A stretch of 64,000 bases of DNA from a virus, in IMG/VR virus record IMGVR_UViG_3300045974_000156, positions 19,892 to 83,891 of that record. One strand, given 5' to 3'. The position numbers and the translations under genes are program-made. The notes below the pieces were generated by a model. The model was not told where the DNA came from. It searched no databases and was given only the letters and a program-made list of their open reading frames with translations. Shown in pieces: positions 22,101 through 28,664 of the stretch; position 1 is the first letter of the stretch; every line of letters starts with the position of its first letter.

Positions 22101-22600
22101 AACCTTCGGATGCCTGCAAGTCATTACTTCGCAGTGCAAATAAGTACTCCGATTCCGAGTACTCTGCCAAACCAATGGACGAAGGTATCGGCGGTACATC
22201 ACTTTACGGTATAGATTCTTCTACAGATGAGTACACCGCACCTTCGGACGAATACGGAGCCCCGCAAGAAGGTGAACAAAAATATGATATAGGGGTACCT
22301 GTAGATGATTGTGGTGGTGGTGTTCAAGGTCCAAAGGGTCCTAGAAATATCGTAGAGTACCTCGGTGGAATGGAAGCAGAAGAACCAGGTATAAAGAGCA
22401 ATAACTACCAAGAAGAAGATCTATATCCAAGCGAAGAATCGGACGTAGATGTTAAGTGGGGTTATCGTGCTGTTAATGTTGGCGAGAGGGCGCGTCCGTT
22501 AGATTATTACCTCGAAGCTAACAAAATAGGACGGGATATACCTACCGACTCTGTAGAGGTCTTGGGGTGGGAAGATGCCGTTGTTATCAAGTCTCCATGA
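16187..22600 (+). CDS. Large virion fibre-like protein (2137 aa): N-terminal FN3 domains, repeats and beta-domains paralogous to the upstream giant protein, Ala-rich helical insert
   Basis: SD GGAG upstream of the ATG. FN3 motifs PSAP..INLSWLAPSSTGGSAITGYTV..YIFTVRAGN.YGTG (two clear copies plus one divergent). Shares YAKSNNP..YVTP.D with ORF1. Ala-rich from ~19390 to ~21080. Confidence 0.75.
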   Translation: MTVVTSASASVSGTNITVSWSCPYYPYSWTISGSIYNSVPGGSRSYTFTGVGAGTYSFQVGPTPGGGIADTSTRATNSVTVFTPPSAPRTIVASLGTIDANGNYPINLSWLAPSSTGGSAITGYTVTPSPAAPGSTISITGTTAVVSKLARGQTYIFTVRAGNAYGTGLGANSNSIQDGIQTVPGASTGVVASTSGIGAGVTINLSWTAPVDTGGVAITGYNVAPSPAIPGSTTVVNLAAKTAVISNIPYSAPPTLYTNTFTVSASNIVGTGPDSDPSNSIYLLYGTLHNNGYLDYQTTSQDPFDSGNNLRPKLEVDTLTLTGPTVDKYAKSNNPFGEREEYVTPYDNYKGGFKLGNNTYIDDQLAVPEDACDGIKSLKVKQEEYSTPKDNLFDAAKIVNKEIQESPTTFDKVNAGLHVFSEQEDDLLSPLEYNDLKLKISVSFLEQMPEPQDGIEWEYISGLHYGIYRRNQEEYPHPDDACDCRYSIGAKAKGAEAPTLSDGCLTALPYNDKIKEYVSGPADGYIGGHHVMAEYIDSETQPILQDGNDAGFGYFAEQHDDNDTIFTDSETSFRYYGTTGFEKNLEGPLDKWANNISYVIGFKDDGPICYEDQKAGIIWGVNQEDYATASAEGTSEKIGSLVYGEELDYNSAWQDTKDPIQFWVPASQPWLASSGISSVNRTTVTLPPEMLKGDVLILVFIHYNSSIDAAGYTKLGTRQLLDWGDGAFSYADIYWKRATGLESPLPIEVNDVGTFAQIYAFRDCNPENPPIEQFQMGDGSTLSFTSSIDSTEPIYIGITSTLGDYGPLISVADPLYFPVSGVNLFNLGVGVNVEIWEGYQPQAGSILSGTSSPTGGGCVNALFNFIAIPGYWTNVSTAAIITTGEINEEKNVIAFDDYTFDYKSGHGGYVYNRALEETITLQDQPLFHDEMFLIDPYKYAEESDMCDVTPSDDSRAGKYVLVESDQGDVIDLDYKFTTVQFLLLGQKEDKISAPKDKCDCHISVNSDKSESITTNVAPFFVGNGPPAVISKPALNNGRTPNLSITPWAAILPRDFLLATVHASDVPPASAYAANAAVAVAAATAANDVAVAAAAAAAAAPSDVNLAAIAVSTAAAASKAATTSAIASSVATDAADPAGAAMRAATNAAATAATAARTAANAATAAANAAAAIVAAAAALEAVDPGAALRAAEATAAAASAYVLDTIAAAISATSDAAIAISNARNAAATAANAAAAAANIATIAATSASNASNSLINAAAAMVAAALGNANLIAANSAARTAATSTSTAAVAANTRSLAAANALTAAGAAEAAASIATIAINDAAASPYDQDLANAAASAASAAASATVVAATAAAQNHAAFVTAIIPASSRADAATTIANNASSASDAVASIAVASPLNIHIVAASNAVNAAAIAASTYASDAADDAVAITNASLAADAAEIATSDAASVTTPIATAGFINSQAVLNAISTAAAADPAAVIAHASRASTAADIALAAAAAATTAADAADAAAIATAAATTPTAAATAADATATATATAADATATASGNAGLVVFTTEDSNLVTTAKTSAGYADSAATAAFRAADRATATALDPSVIAAARATTAIAAAAAAPDDQNLAHAATVAIANAAANPPKGIVFHSDWTVLPVCGPMHAFWKITTGAEPPVIIPSVQNHVVMGSITAYRGVDVAYADPITDIGPSMSDTKKGPTSGYGGQTYDGSTPYVPGEQQYPIYIYYPKLVPLQTLSYQLPSPSPKGPHERMIAITGYNLNGGGSGFYPSTTKDPDPKTHILPGLMPYTRNVLSGNGPTIPYTYNDVLQVINGSGSTISKTNQVGTGWGTYIFDGDTINEGPSEAPLPVLQVYAPTRTTFYGFVISLRGSFISNTENAGVNMNRVSDDPNYVTSLDNYEVEVRPTRAAQKGPIDPPDVESERLWMPGGPCKERDVKGPIDYCDYEYVPANMLVSYDDRLLTAKPSDACKSLLRSANKYSDSEYSAKPMDEGIGGTSLYGIDSSTDEYTAPSDEYGAPQEGEQKYDIGVPVDDCGGGVQGPKGPRNIVEYLGGMEAEEPGIKSNNYQEEDLYPSEESDVDVKWGYRAVNVGERARPLDYYLEANKIGRDIPTDSVEVLGWEDAVVIKSP
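20762..20824 (+). repeat. Two exact 30-bp direct repeats at 33-bp period (11 aa) inside the Ala-rich insert
   Basis: gcaactgccgccgacgctacagctacagcc at 20762-20791 and 20795-20824. Confidence 0.9.
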
Positions 22601-22617
22601 GTAATTTCCAAAATAAT

Positions 22618-22646
22618 TTGACAAAAACCAACAAATACTCCAAAAT
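22618..22646 (+). promoter_or_regulatory. Possible sigma70-like promoter upstream of the major capsid gene
   Basis: TTGACA (22618-23), 17 nt, CAAAAT (22641-46). The -10 is weak. Confidence 0.35.
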
Positions 22647-22754
22647 CCGCATTGTTATCGAGTTACCCCGATGGACCCCGGGAGGGGCACCCAGAGGGCA
22701 GCAAGTAAATCCCCAGACCCGTATTTTACGGACAACAAAAGGACAATAAAGATT

Positions 22755-24350
22755 ATGGCACCTTCAGCAAGAATGCTAGCCGAAAAGGCTGGAATAGAAT
22801 CCCGCAAGACAATCATGGACGAGTCCTACATGGGCGCGCTCTCCTCAAAGTGGGGAGAGTTCCTAGAGGGCGTTCCTGGTCGCAGCGAGTCAGACCGTTA
22901 TCTACGCGGCTGCACCGCAATCCTGATGGAGAATCAGTCAGAGTGGCTACAGAGCATGGACGAGGACACCCGTCAGGCTAACGTAGGTACTTTCACCAAG
23001 TTCATCTTCCCAATCCTCCGCAGGGTATTCCCAAACCTCATCGCTAACGAGATCGTATCCGTTCAGCCGATGACTGCCCCAACTGGCGCTGTATTCTTCC
23101 TAGACTACGTTTACGCTAGCTCCAAGGGTCAGACCGGTTATACCCCGGGCGCAAATGGCGCAGCAGTAGGCGCAACTCCTGGTTATAACTCCTCTGGAAC
23201 TAACCCTAACGCAACCTTCCCTGACCAGTTTGACCAGAATTACTCAGCCGAGTTCATCAACGGCGAGCCTCTAGTCACAGGCGGCAGCGGCAAGTACGGC
23301 GGCGTCGGCGCAGCAATCAGCACCGTTAAGCTAGCTTGGGCTCCAGTTCGTGACGTAGACTCCGTTAACAGCTACTCCGTAGTTATCTCCGAAGTAGCCC
23401 AGAGCACTGGCGCAGTAGTTCAGAGCGCCACTATGAACGCTGGCGGCGGATCCTTCACCTTCAGCACTGGTGCAATCACCAATGCAGCCGGATCACTGAG
23501 CCTCAACGACGGAACCCTAACCGGTTTCAAGTTTGAGAACGCAGTTGGCGCAGGTAATCAGGTTTTGGCTTACTACTTCTACAACGGTGAAGCCAATAGC
23601 TCGATCCCACAGATCAGCCTAAACGTTCGCCAGCTACCTGTTCAGGCAATTCCTCGCCGCCTCAAGGCGCTATGGTCCAGCGAAGCTGCTGAAGATCTAC
23701 GCGCTCTACACGGCGTAGACGCCGAAGCAGAAATGGTCGCCACTATCGCCCAGGAAATCGCGCTAGAGATCGACCGTGAAATCATCCAGGACCTCTTCAA
23801 GAACAGCACCGGAACCACCGCTTCTTGGGACAGGACCCCTCCTGCCGCAATCTCTGAGCACGATCACATCCGCTCACTGATTACCCAGATCAGCACCGTA
23901 TCAAACCTCATTCACAAGAAGACCCTCCGTAGCCCTGCAAACTTCATCGTTACTTCTCCGGAAGTCAGCGCCCTGTTTGCTCAGTTAACTACTCATGGTG
24001 ATTTCAATACCATCTTTAGCTCTGACACTGGCACCCCATACGGAAGCCGCGACGTTCCCCGCCCCCTAAGCCGTCAGGGACAGTTCGGCGTATACAAGGT
24101 CGGAACCCTCATGGGCAAGTGGACCGTATATGAGGATCCATACTTCACCCGTAACCAGATGCTAGTCGGTCTAAAGGGCGATGGATATCTGAACGCCGGA
24201 TATGCATGGGCTCCTTATGTCCCGCTTCAGGTCACTCCTACGTTCCTCGATCCAGCTGATATGACAATGAGGAAGGGTCTCCGTACTCGCTATGCCAAGA
24301 AACTTCTCCGTTCAGAATTCTACGGAAGCATTGCGGTCTCGAATCTTTAA
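22755..24350 (+). CDS. gp23: Major capsid protein, T4 gp23-like (HK97 fold)
   Basis: Motifs AILMENQ, PILRRVFPNLIANEIVSVQPMTAPTG.VF, RRLKA.WS.EAAEDL.A.HG.DAEAE, EIDREII, YAWAPYVPL, RTRYA. Start reassigned to the ATG at 22755 (AAAAGGA upstream) rather than 22671. Confidence 0.95.
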   Translation: MAPSARMLAEKAGIESRKTIMDESYMGALSSKWGEFLEGVPGRSESDRYLRGCTAILMENQSEWLQSMDEDTRQANVGTFTKFIFPILRRVFPNLIANEIVSVQPMTAPTGAVFFLDYVYASSKGQTGYTPGANGAAVGATPGYNSSGTNPNATFPDQFDQNYSAEFINGEPLVTGGSGKYGGVGAAISTVKLAWAPVRDVDSVNSYSVVISEVAQSTGAVVQSATMNAGGGSFTFSTGAITNAAGSLSLNDGTLTGFKFENAVGAGNQVLAYYFYNGEANSSIPQISLNVRQLPVQAIPRRLKALWSSEAAEDLRALHGVDAEAEMVATIAQEIALEIDREIIQDLFKNSTGTTASWDRTPPAAISEHDHIRSLITQISTVSNLIHKKTLRSPANFIVTSPEVSALFAQLTTHGDFNTIFSSDTGTPYGSRDVPRPLSRQGQFGVYKVGTLMGKWTVYEDPYFTRNQMLVGLKGDGYLNAGYAWAPYVPLQVTPTFLDPADMTMRKGLRTRYAKKLLRSEFYGSIAVSNL

Positions 24351-24374
24351 CAACTAGCCAGAAACCCAGTATTT

Positions 24375-24412
24375 CAGAGGGGCTGTCCGAAAGGGCAGCC
24401 CCTCTGTCTTTT
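24375..24412 (+). terminator. Rho-independent terminator after the major capsid gene
   Basis: CAGAGGGGCTGTCC-GAAA-GGGCAGCCCCTCTG 14-bp stem followed by TCTTTT. Confidence 0.9.
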
Positions 24413-24519
24413 GTGTGTACTCGTAGCGCATGACAAACTGAGAAATTTATAGAATTAAAAATGTAGCTACGTCTACCCGTGCAGCATGACGCTTTTGGCG
24501 TCATATGACAAGGGTATAC

Positions 24520-24586
24520 TTGACAACTAGTATGCTCTGTTGTACTCTTCTTTTATGACACTCTCGTGTGTCCGGAAAAGAGTATA
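24520..24586 (+). promoter_or_regulatory. Sigma70-like promoter overlapping an RBS-sequestering hairpin for the endonuclease-methyltransferase gene
   Basis: TTGACA (24520-25), 17 nt, TACTCT (24543-48). TACTCTT(C)TTTT..GACAC-loop-GTGTC..GGAAAAGAGTA pairs across 24541-24586. Confidence 0.65.
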
Positions 24587-24590
24587 TTGA

Positions 24591-26417
24591 ATGGATTTAA
24601 ATACATGGTCCCCTGAACTAGCTTGGTGGCTGGGTGTAACTTTTGGCGACGGCTACTCCAGGCACAATGATACTCACATATCTACTACCCTAACTAGTGG
24701 TGACTATGATCTGGTCGCTAAGTGGATTATTCTCGGTGGGGGCTCGGTAGACAAAATAACCAAGAGGTATTCTGGAAAATGCTGGGACGCTAATATTTAC
24801 GATCCCAGATATGCCAAATGGCTCTCAGATAAATACGGAATGAACGGTAGGAAGGATGACAAACTTGAGTGGCCCTCCGACCTTCCAGCAGATCTGTACT
24901 CTCATTTTGTTAGGGGACTATGGGACACTGATGGTAATTTAACGCATATCCGGCCAACTGATACCCGAGCAGGAAAACTAGCCGTAACTTTTTTCAATAA
25001 AGGATATAAACTAGTTGAAGGATTGGTGTCCAACTTTCCAGAACTTAAGCTTAAAGACGGAACCATGACTTCAGGACCATACAAAGGCTACAAGTACATG
25101 AAGGCTACAATTACTGGACCTGGAGCAGTTATATTTGGAGAGAAGGTATACAAAGATGCACCACAGCATATTAGGTGCGACAGAAAGTACAATATTTTCA
25201 ATACGTTTTATTCTTGGTTTCAGAGTAGTAATAATTCTTGTAAGACTTGTGGGGCATTATGTAAGCGTGGGGAAGATTTTTGTGCATATCATCGCAAGTT
25301 CAACGGATCCAATCCACCTCCGTGTGAATGCGGTGTAGAGCTTATTTACGCCTTTAATAAATGTCAAAAGTGCTACAGGAGAGACTACAGAGGGGGGGTT
25401 CGCGATTGGAGTCCTGCAATTTTACAACAGTTGGCAGATTTTCCAGTAGAGTGCTGGCATGATTATTCGGACTCTTATAAATCAGAAGCCTTGGATGTAC
25501 TAGAGGGTATATTCTCTACTCGCAAGTTTCCAGAGTACATATTTGAAAACCCACCATCAGATCTATCCTCGGTAACACAAGGTAAACTTACCTTTAACCA
25601 AATTACTCATACTATTTCTAATGTAGGTTGGTCAGGACAACCACTGTGTACTTCTTTTTATAGGCATAGATTTGATGCTAAATATTTAGAGGGTATGTCG
25701 ATAAGAGAAGCCTACGCAGATCCAAAATCACTAAGATCCGCACTCAAATACCAACTAGATCACCGCGATCCTATCAGACCCAAGAGAGTTATAAAGGCAC
25801 TATCAGCAAAACACAAGACCCCAACCAACTTCGCCCCTGTGCTAGCCCGATGGCTGGTAGACCGGTATTGCCCTCAGGGTGGCACCGTATTTGACCCCTG
25901 TTCTGGCTATGGTGGTAGATTACTAGGAAGTCTAGCCAGTAATAAGAATGTTCATTATATAGGTCACGATATAGAGCCGCTCACGATAGAGGCTGGTAAG
26001 AAAATGTGCGCTAACCTAGGTACAGATCGCGCCACGCTGGAGATCAAAGCCCTAGAGTCAGATGACCCATTTCCAAAAAGCGACTTACTGATGACATGCC
26101 CACCTTATTATAATAGAGAGGTCTATGGTGAAGCTTCCGAAGCTTCTGCCAAGTCTTATGAAACCTACGGAGCCTGGCTTCAAGGTTGGATGGGCAAGCT
26201 GCTGGATAAAGCCCAAGCCTCTACAAAGACTCTAGCTATCTGCGTTAGTACTTTTAGGTTAAATAACGACAAGGTAGAGTTTCCAAACGATCTAAGATCC
26301 TTAATCCAAAATAAAGGCATGAAGATCCGAGAGGAGCTATTTTGGGAAACATCTACTTTTGGTAAAAAAGCCAGTGGCAAGGGGCGTCAAGAACATATTT
26401 TCGTGGTGGACTTCTGA
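24591..26417 (+). CDS. Fusion protein: double-motif LAGLIDADG homing endonuclease + Cys/His Zn-finger linker + SAM-dependent amino-DNA methyltransferase
   Basis: LAWWLGVTFGDG and HFVRGLWDTDG (LAGLIDADG helices). CKTC..C..FCAYH and CEC..CQKC. MTase motif I FDPCSGYGGR and motif IV TCPPYYNREVY. Confidence 0.85.
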   Translation: MDLNTWSPELAWWLGVTFGDGYSRHNDTHISTTLTSGDYDLVAKWIILGGGSVDKITKRYSGKCWDANIYDPRYAKWLSDKYGMNGRKDDKLEWPSDLPADLYSHFVRGLWDTDGNLTHIRPTDTRAGKLAVTFFNKGYKLVEGLVSNFPELKLKDGTMTSGPYKGYKYMKATITGPGAVIFGEKVYKDAPQHIRCDRKYNIFNTFYSWFQSSNNSCKTCGALCKRGEDFCAYHRKFNGSNPPPCECGVELIYAFNKCQKCYRRDYRGGVRDWSPAILQQLADFPVECWHDYSDSYKSEALDVLEGIFSTRKFPEYIFENPPSDLSSVTQGKLTFNQITHTISNVGWSGQPLCTSFYRHRFDAKYLEGMSIREAYADPKSLRSALKYQLDHRDPIRPKRVIKALSAKHKTPTNFAPVLARWLVDRYCPQGGTVFDPCSGYGGRLLGSLASNKNVHYIGHDIEPLTIEAGKKMCANLGTDRATLEIKALESDDPFPKSDLLMTCPPYYNREVYGEASEASAKSYETYGAWLQGWMGKLLDKAQASTKTLAICVSTFRLNNDKVEFPNDLRSLIQNKGMKIREELFWETSTFGKKASGKGRQEHIFVVDF

Positions 26418-26623
26418 TGCACCCACCCTGTAGCGAGTCAGCCCAGTATCTCTATATGGAGTTTCTGGAGGAACAAAGAATGATTAATCTTGGGCTCAAT
26501 AGTGAAATTATGAGTTATGACCACGAGTTCCCAGAGGATCCCATGGTGGGCGATTGGCTTGATTATTTATGGGAAAAACTACCCCGTGGGACCCAGATAG
26601 GTAACGAGGTAATGGCTGGCTAA
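26417..26623 (+). CDS. Hypothetical protein (68 aa)
   Basis: ATG overlaps the upstream stop (TGATG coupling). Confidence 0.45.
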   Translation: MHPPCSESAQYLYMEFLEEQRMINLGLNSEIMSYDHEFPEDPMVGDWLDYLWEKLPRGTQIGNEVMAG

Positions 26624-26624
26624 T

Positions 26625-27071
26625 TTACTTCTTAGCCACCGCTTTCTTAGCTGCACGCCTAGCAAGAACCATTTTTAATCTCTCAGGAGTGACCTTCTGG
26701 TCTACCCACCAGTCTGCCCAATCTTGGGACATATTGTTTAGGTGGCGGCTTCTGCGCGGGGTCATCATACTACCCGGGACACGCCCAGTCTTATTTCCAG
26801 CGATGACAAGATCTTCATCACTTTCAACTATTCTGTATTTATTTATTGGGTGCTTCTCGCTTTCTTGTGCTACCAATTCTCGCCAAGGCTTGCGAATCCC
26901 GGTAGATCTCAAGGCAGCCGATTTCATGATAGCCCTTCGTTCTTTGTCTTTTTGATCCACAGGTACTTGGTCTATCGCTCTAGGTTTATTCAGACGTTGC
27001 GATCCCTGAGGCATAATCGGAACATCAGAGTGCATAGTCTCATTTAACATATAAGCATCAATCCAGGACAT
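26625..27071 (-). CDS. Hypothetical basic protein (148 aa), possible internal head protein
   Basis: GGGG SD-like upstream on the minus strand. N-terminal MLNE-TM and a Lys/Arg-rich C-terminus. Confidence 0.65.
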   Translation of the reverse strand: MSWIDAYMLNETMHSDVPIMPQGSQRLNKPRAIDQVPVDQKDKERRAIMKSAALRSTGIRKPWRELVAQESEKHPINKYRIVESDEDLVIAGNKTGRVPGSMMTPRRSRHLNNMSQDWADWWVDQKVTPERLKMVLARRAAKKAVAKK

Positions 27072-27110
27072 AAATACCCCGTCAGCAGTTTCAATTATTT
27101 TATCATAAAA

Positions 27111-27137
27111 CTAAAAAACCACCCCTGAGGGTGGTTT
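27111..27137 (-). terminator. Rho-independent terminator (minus strand) downstream of 27163..27477
   Basis: AAACCACCC-CTGA-GGGTGGTTT stem-loop with an A6 run on +, i.e. a U-tract on -. Confidence 0.75.
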
Positions 27138-27162
27138 CTCGTCCCGCCGATGCTGTCTAGCT

Positions 27163-27477
27163 CTAGCAACCAGTGCCGAGATCAGGGGTCTGATCGACCT
27201 GAAAGATGCTCAGGAGAAACTTATCCCAAGTGGTCTGGTCTTCCTTCGGTGACTTCTCAGGTGCGCCGCTGCTGACCACAAGCCGGTGACGAATTCCGGG
27301 CTTCTGGCAGCCAAGTCGATTCTGGGCAATCAGCCGCCCACGGGCTCGGCTCCACTGATCGTGAGGATTAGCCCTAGAGTAAGCCACAATCACCTTCTGC
27401 CCCTCAAGCTTATATGCAAAAGTAAGACGCTGCTCAGGGAAGTGCCGGATCTCGATCTTCTGGTTCTCGTTTGTCAT
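27163..27477 (-). CDS. Hypothetical protein (~104 aa)
   Basis: Strong SD AAAGGAGAAA before the ATG at 27477 (MTNENQKIE...). Has its own promoter and terminator. Confidence 0.75.
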   Translation of the reverse strand: MTNENQKIEIRHFPEQRLTFAYKLEGQKVIVAYSRANPHDQWSRARGRLIAQNRLGCQKPGIRHRLVVSSGAPEKSPKEDQTTWDKFLLSIFQVDQTPDLGTGC

Positions 27478-27508
27478 CTCTTTCTCCTTTGTGTACTTCG
27501 CAGGAAGA

Positions 27509-27574
27509 ACCATAGACCAGATAGCAAGCCAGAGTCAAGATCTTTGTTGACCCCACCAGCAACCATGCTACAAT
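27509..27574. promoter_or_regulatory. Back-to-back divergent sigma70-like promoters
   Basis: Minus strand: TTGACT (27538-33), 18 nt, TATGGT (27514-09). Plus strand: TTGACC (27547-52), 16 nt, TGc-TACAAT (27569-74). Confidence 0.55.
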
Positions 27575-27608
27575 CAGCTTTAGATTTTATCCTACGGAGA
27601 TTTCAAAA

Positions 27609-27887
27609 ATGAAAAAGACAGTCTATACTTTACGTCCCGGTATTTCGATTCTTGCCTATAAGGGTCGCCGCGTAATGCCTGGCGAGTGGATCGATGACAA
27701 TACTCTAGTCAATAATCCTTCTTTCATGCCAATGGTTGCCGACTTTCCGGAACCTCAGATTAGGGAGCAGATGCCTGTCCCGGTAGCCCCGCTACTAACT
27801 GAACAGATGCCCGTCAGCAAGCCCACAGTGGTTCAGGAAGCCCCCGTAGAGAAGCTTGAGAAGCCTCACAAGGGTAAGAGGGGCTAG
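27609..27887 (+). CDS. Hypothetical protein (92 aa), Pro-rich tail
   Basis: SD GGAG. Internal repeat (I/L)xEQMPV twice. Confidence 0.7.
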   Translation: MKKTVYTLRPGISILAYKGRRVMPGEWIDDNTLVNNPSFMPMVADFPEPQIREQMPVPVAPLLTEQMPVSKPTVVQEAPVEKLEKPHKGKRG

Positions 27888-27888
27888 T

Positions 27889-28422
27889 ATGTCAGAAATA
27901 GACATAGGGGCTTTGAAATCTATTGTTGATAAACAGAGGGCTGATTTCATTGAGAGGTTAGAAAAAGAAATCGGACCTGTTACCGGTGCAAAATTGGAAG
28001 ATCTGCGGGAGCAGTATTGGATTGATACAAAAAACGCAGAAGCACTCCATAACCTGTATACAAAATCCGCCATAGTAGCCATTGCCACCGATAATTATAT
28101 GGGGCAGTTCGGAATAACAGAGGAGATCCGTAATCAAGCCAACGATTTGATGCAAAAAATAGATGCGCTAGTTAGGGCTCAGAATATCAGAAAAAATGAA
28201 TCAGATGATAGGCTTATGGTAGCCAATAAGGCTATGTTCGATCAACTAAGTACGGAAAATAAAACAATCGGACTAGATTTCTTAGATTCACGATATCTAA
28301 AAAAGGAAGAATCAGAGGAGGCGATGAAGGCTCCACTTCCAGAAGCGTATGGTGTTAATTTGAAAAGATTTAAGGAGTTGGCTTACAAGGACACTACTCA
28401 TACTGTTGGAGGTAAGATCTAA
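27889..28422 (+). CDS. Hypothetical helical protein
   Basis: ATG at 27889 directly follows the upstream stop, with GAGGGG SD. Confidence 0.7.
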   Translation: MSEIDIGALKSIVDKQRADFIERLEKEIGPVTGAKLEDLREQYWIDTKNAEALHNLYTKSAIVAIATDNYMGQFGITEEIRNQANDLMQKIDALVRAQNIRKNESDDRLMVANKAMFDQLSTENKTIGLDFLDSRYLKKEESEEAMKAPLPEAYGVNLKRFKELAYKDTTHTVGGKI

Positions 28423-28664
28423 TGACTGCCACATTACCTGATGGTACCAAGTTAGAAGGTACACCAGAAGAAATTAGTAAAGCTCTGAGCCTCATGGGAA
28501 CATCAAAACAGGCTGTGCCTTATTATGTACCTTATCAACCTATTTGGGTCATTCCACCATATACACAACCATATAATCCGCAGCCGTGGTACACGATATC
28601 TTCAAATACTATCGGGACATCGGTAGCCGAGAATCCGAAGATAACGTATAGTGTTATAAACTAG
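28422..28664 (+). CDS. Hypothetical protein (80 aa) with Pro/Tyr-rich tail
   Basis: SD GGAGGT and TAATG coupling. Confidence 0.7.
   Translation: MTATLPDGTKLEGTPEEISKALSLMGTSKQAVPYYVPYQPIWVIPPYTQPYNPQPWYTISSNTIGTSVAENPKITYSVIN

Noticed and set aside
22671-22754. N-terminal 28-aa extension of the capsid protein (ORF-track start)
   Set aside because: No SD at 22671. The ATG at 22755 has an AAGGA SD and a context matching the 29776 gene.
24591-25200. Intein or group I intron hosting the LAGLIDADG domain
   Set aside because: No N-terminal Cys/Ser splice block or His-Asn-(C/S/T) end. gp23 is complete and terminated upstream, and the domain starts at the ORF's Met.
26689-27612. Plus-strand ORFs 26689, 26742 and 27286
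   Set aside because: They overlap better-supported minus-strand genes that have SD, promoter and terminator signals.
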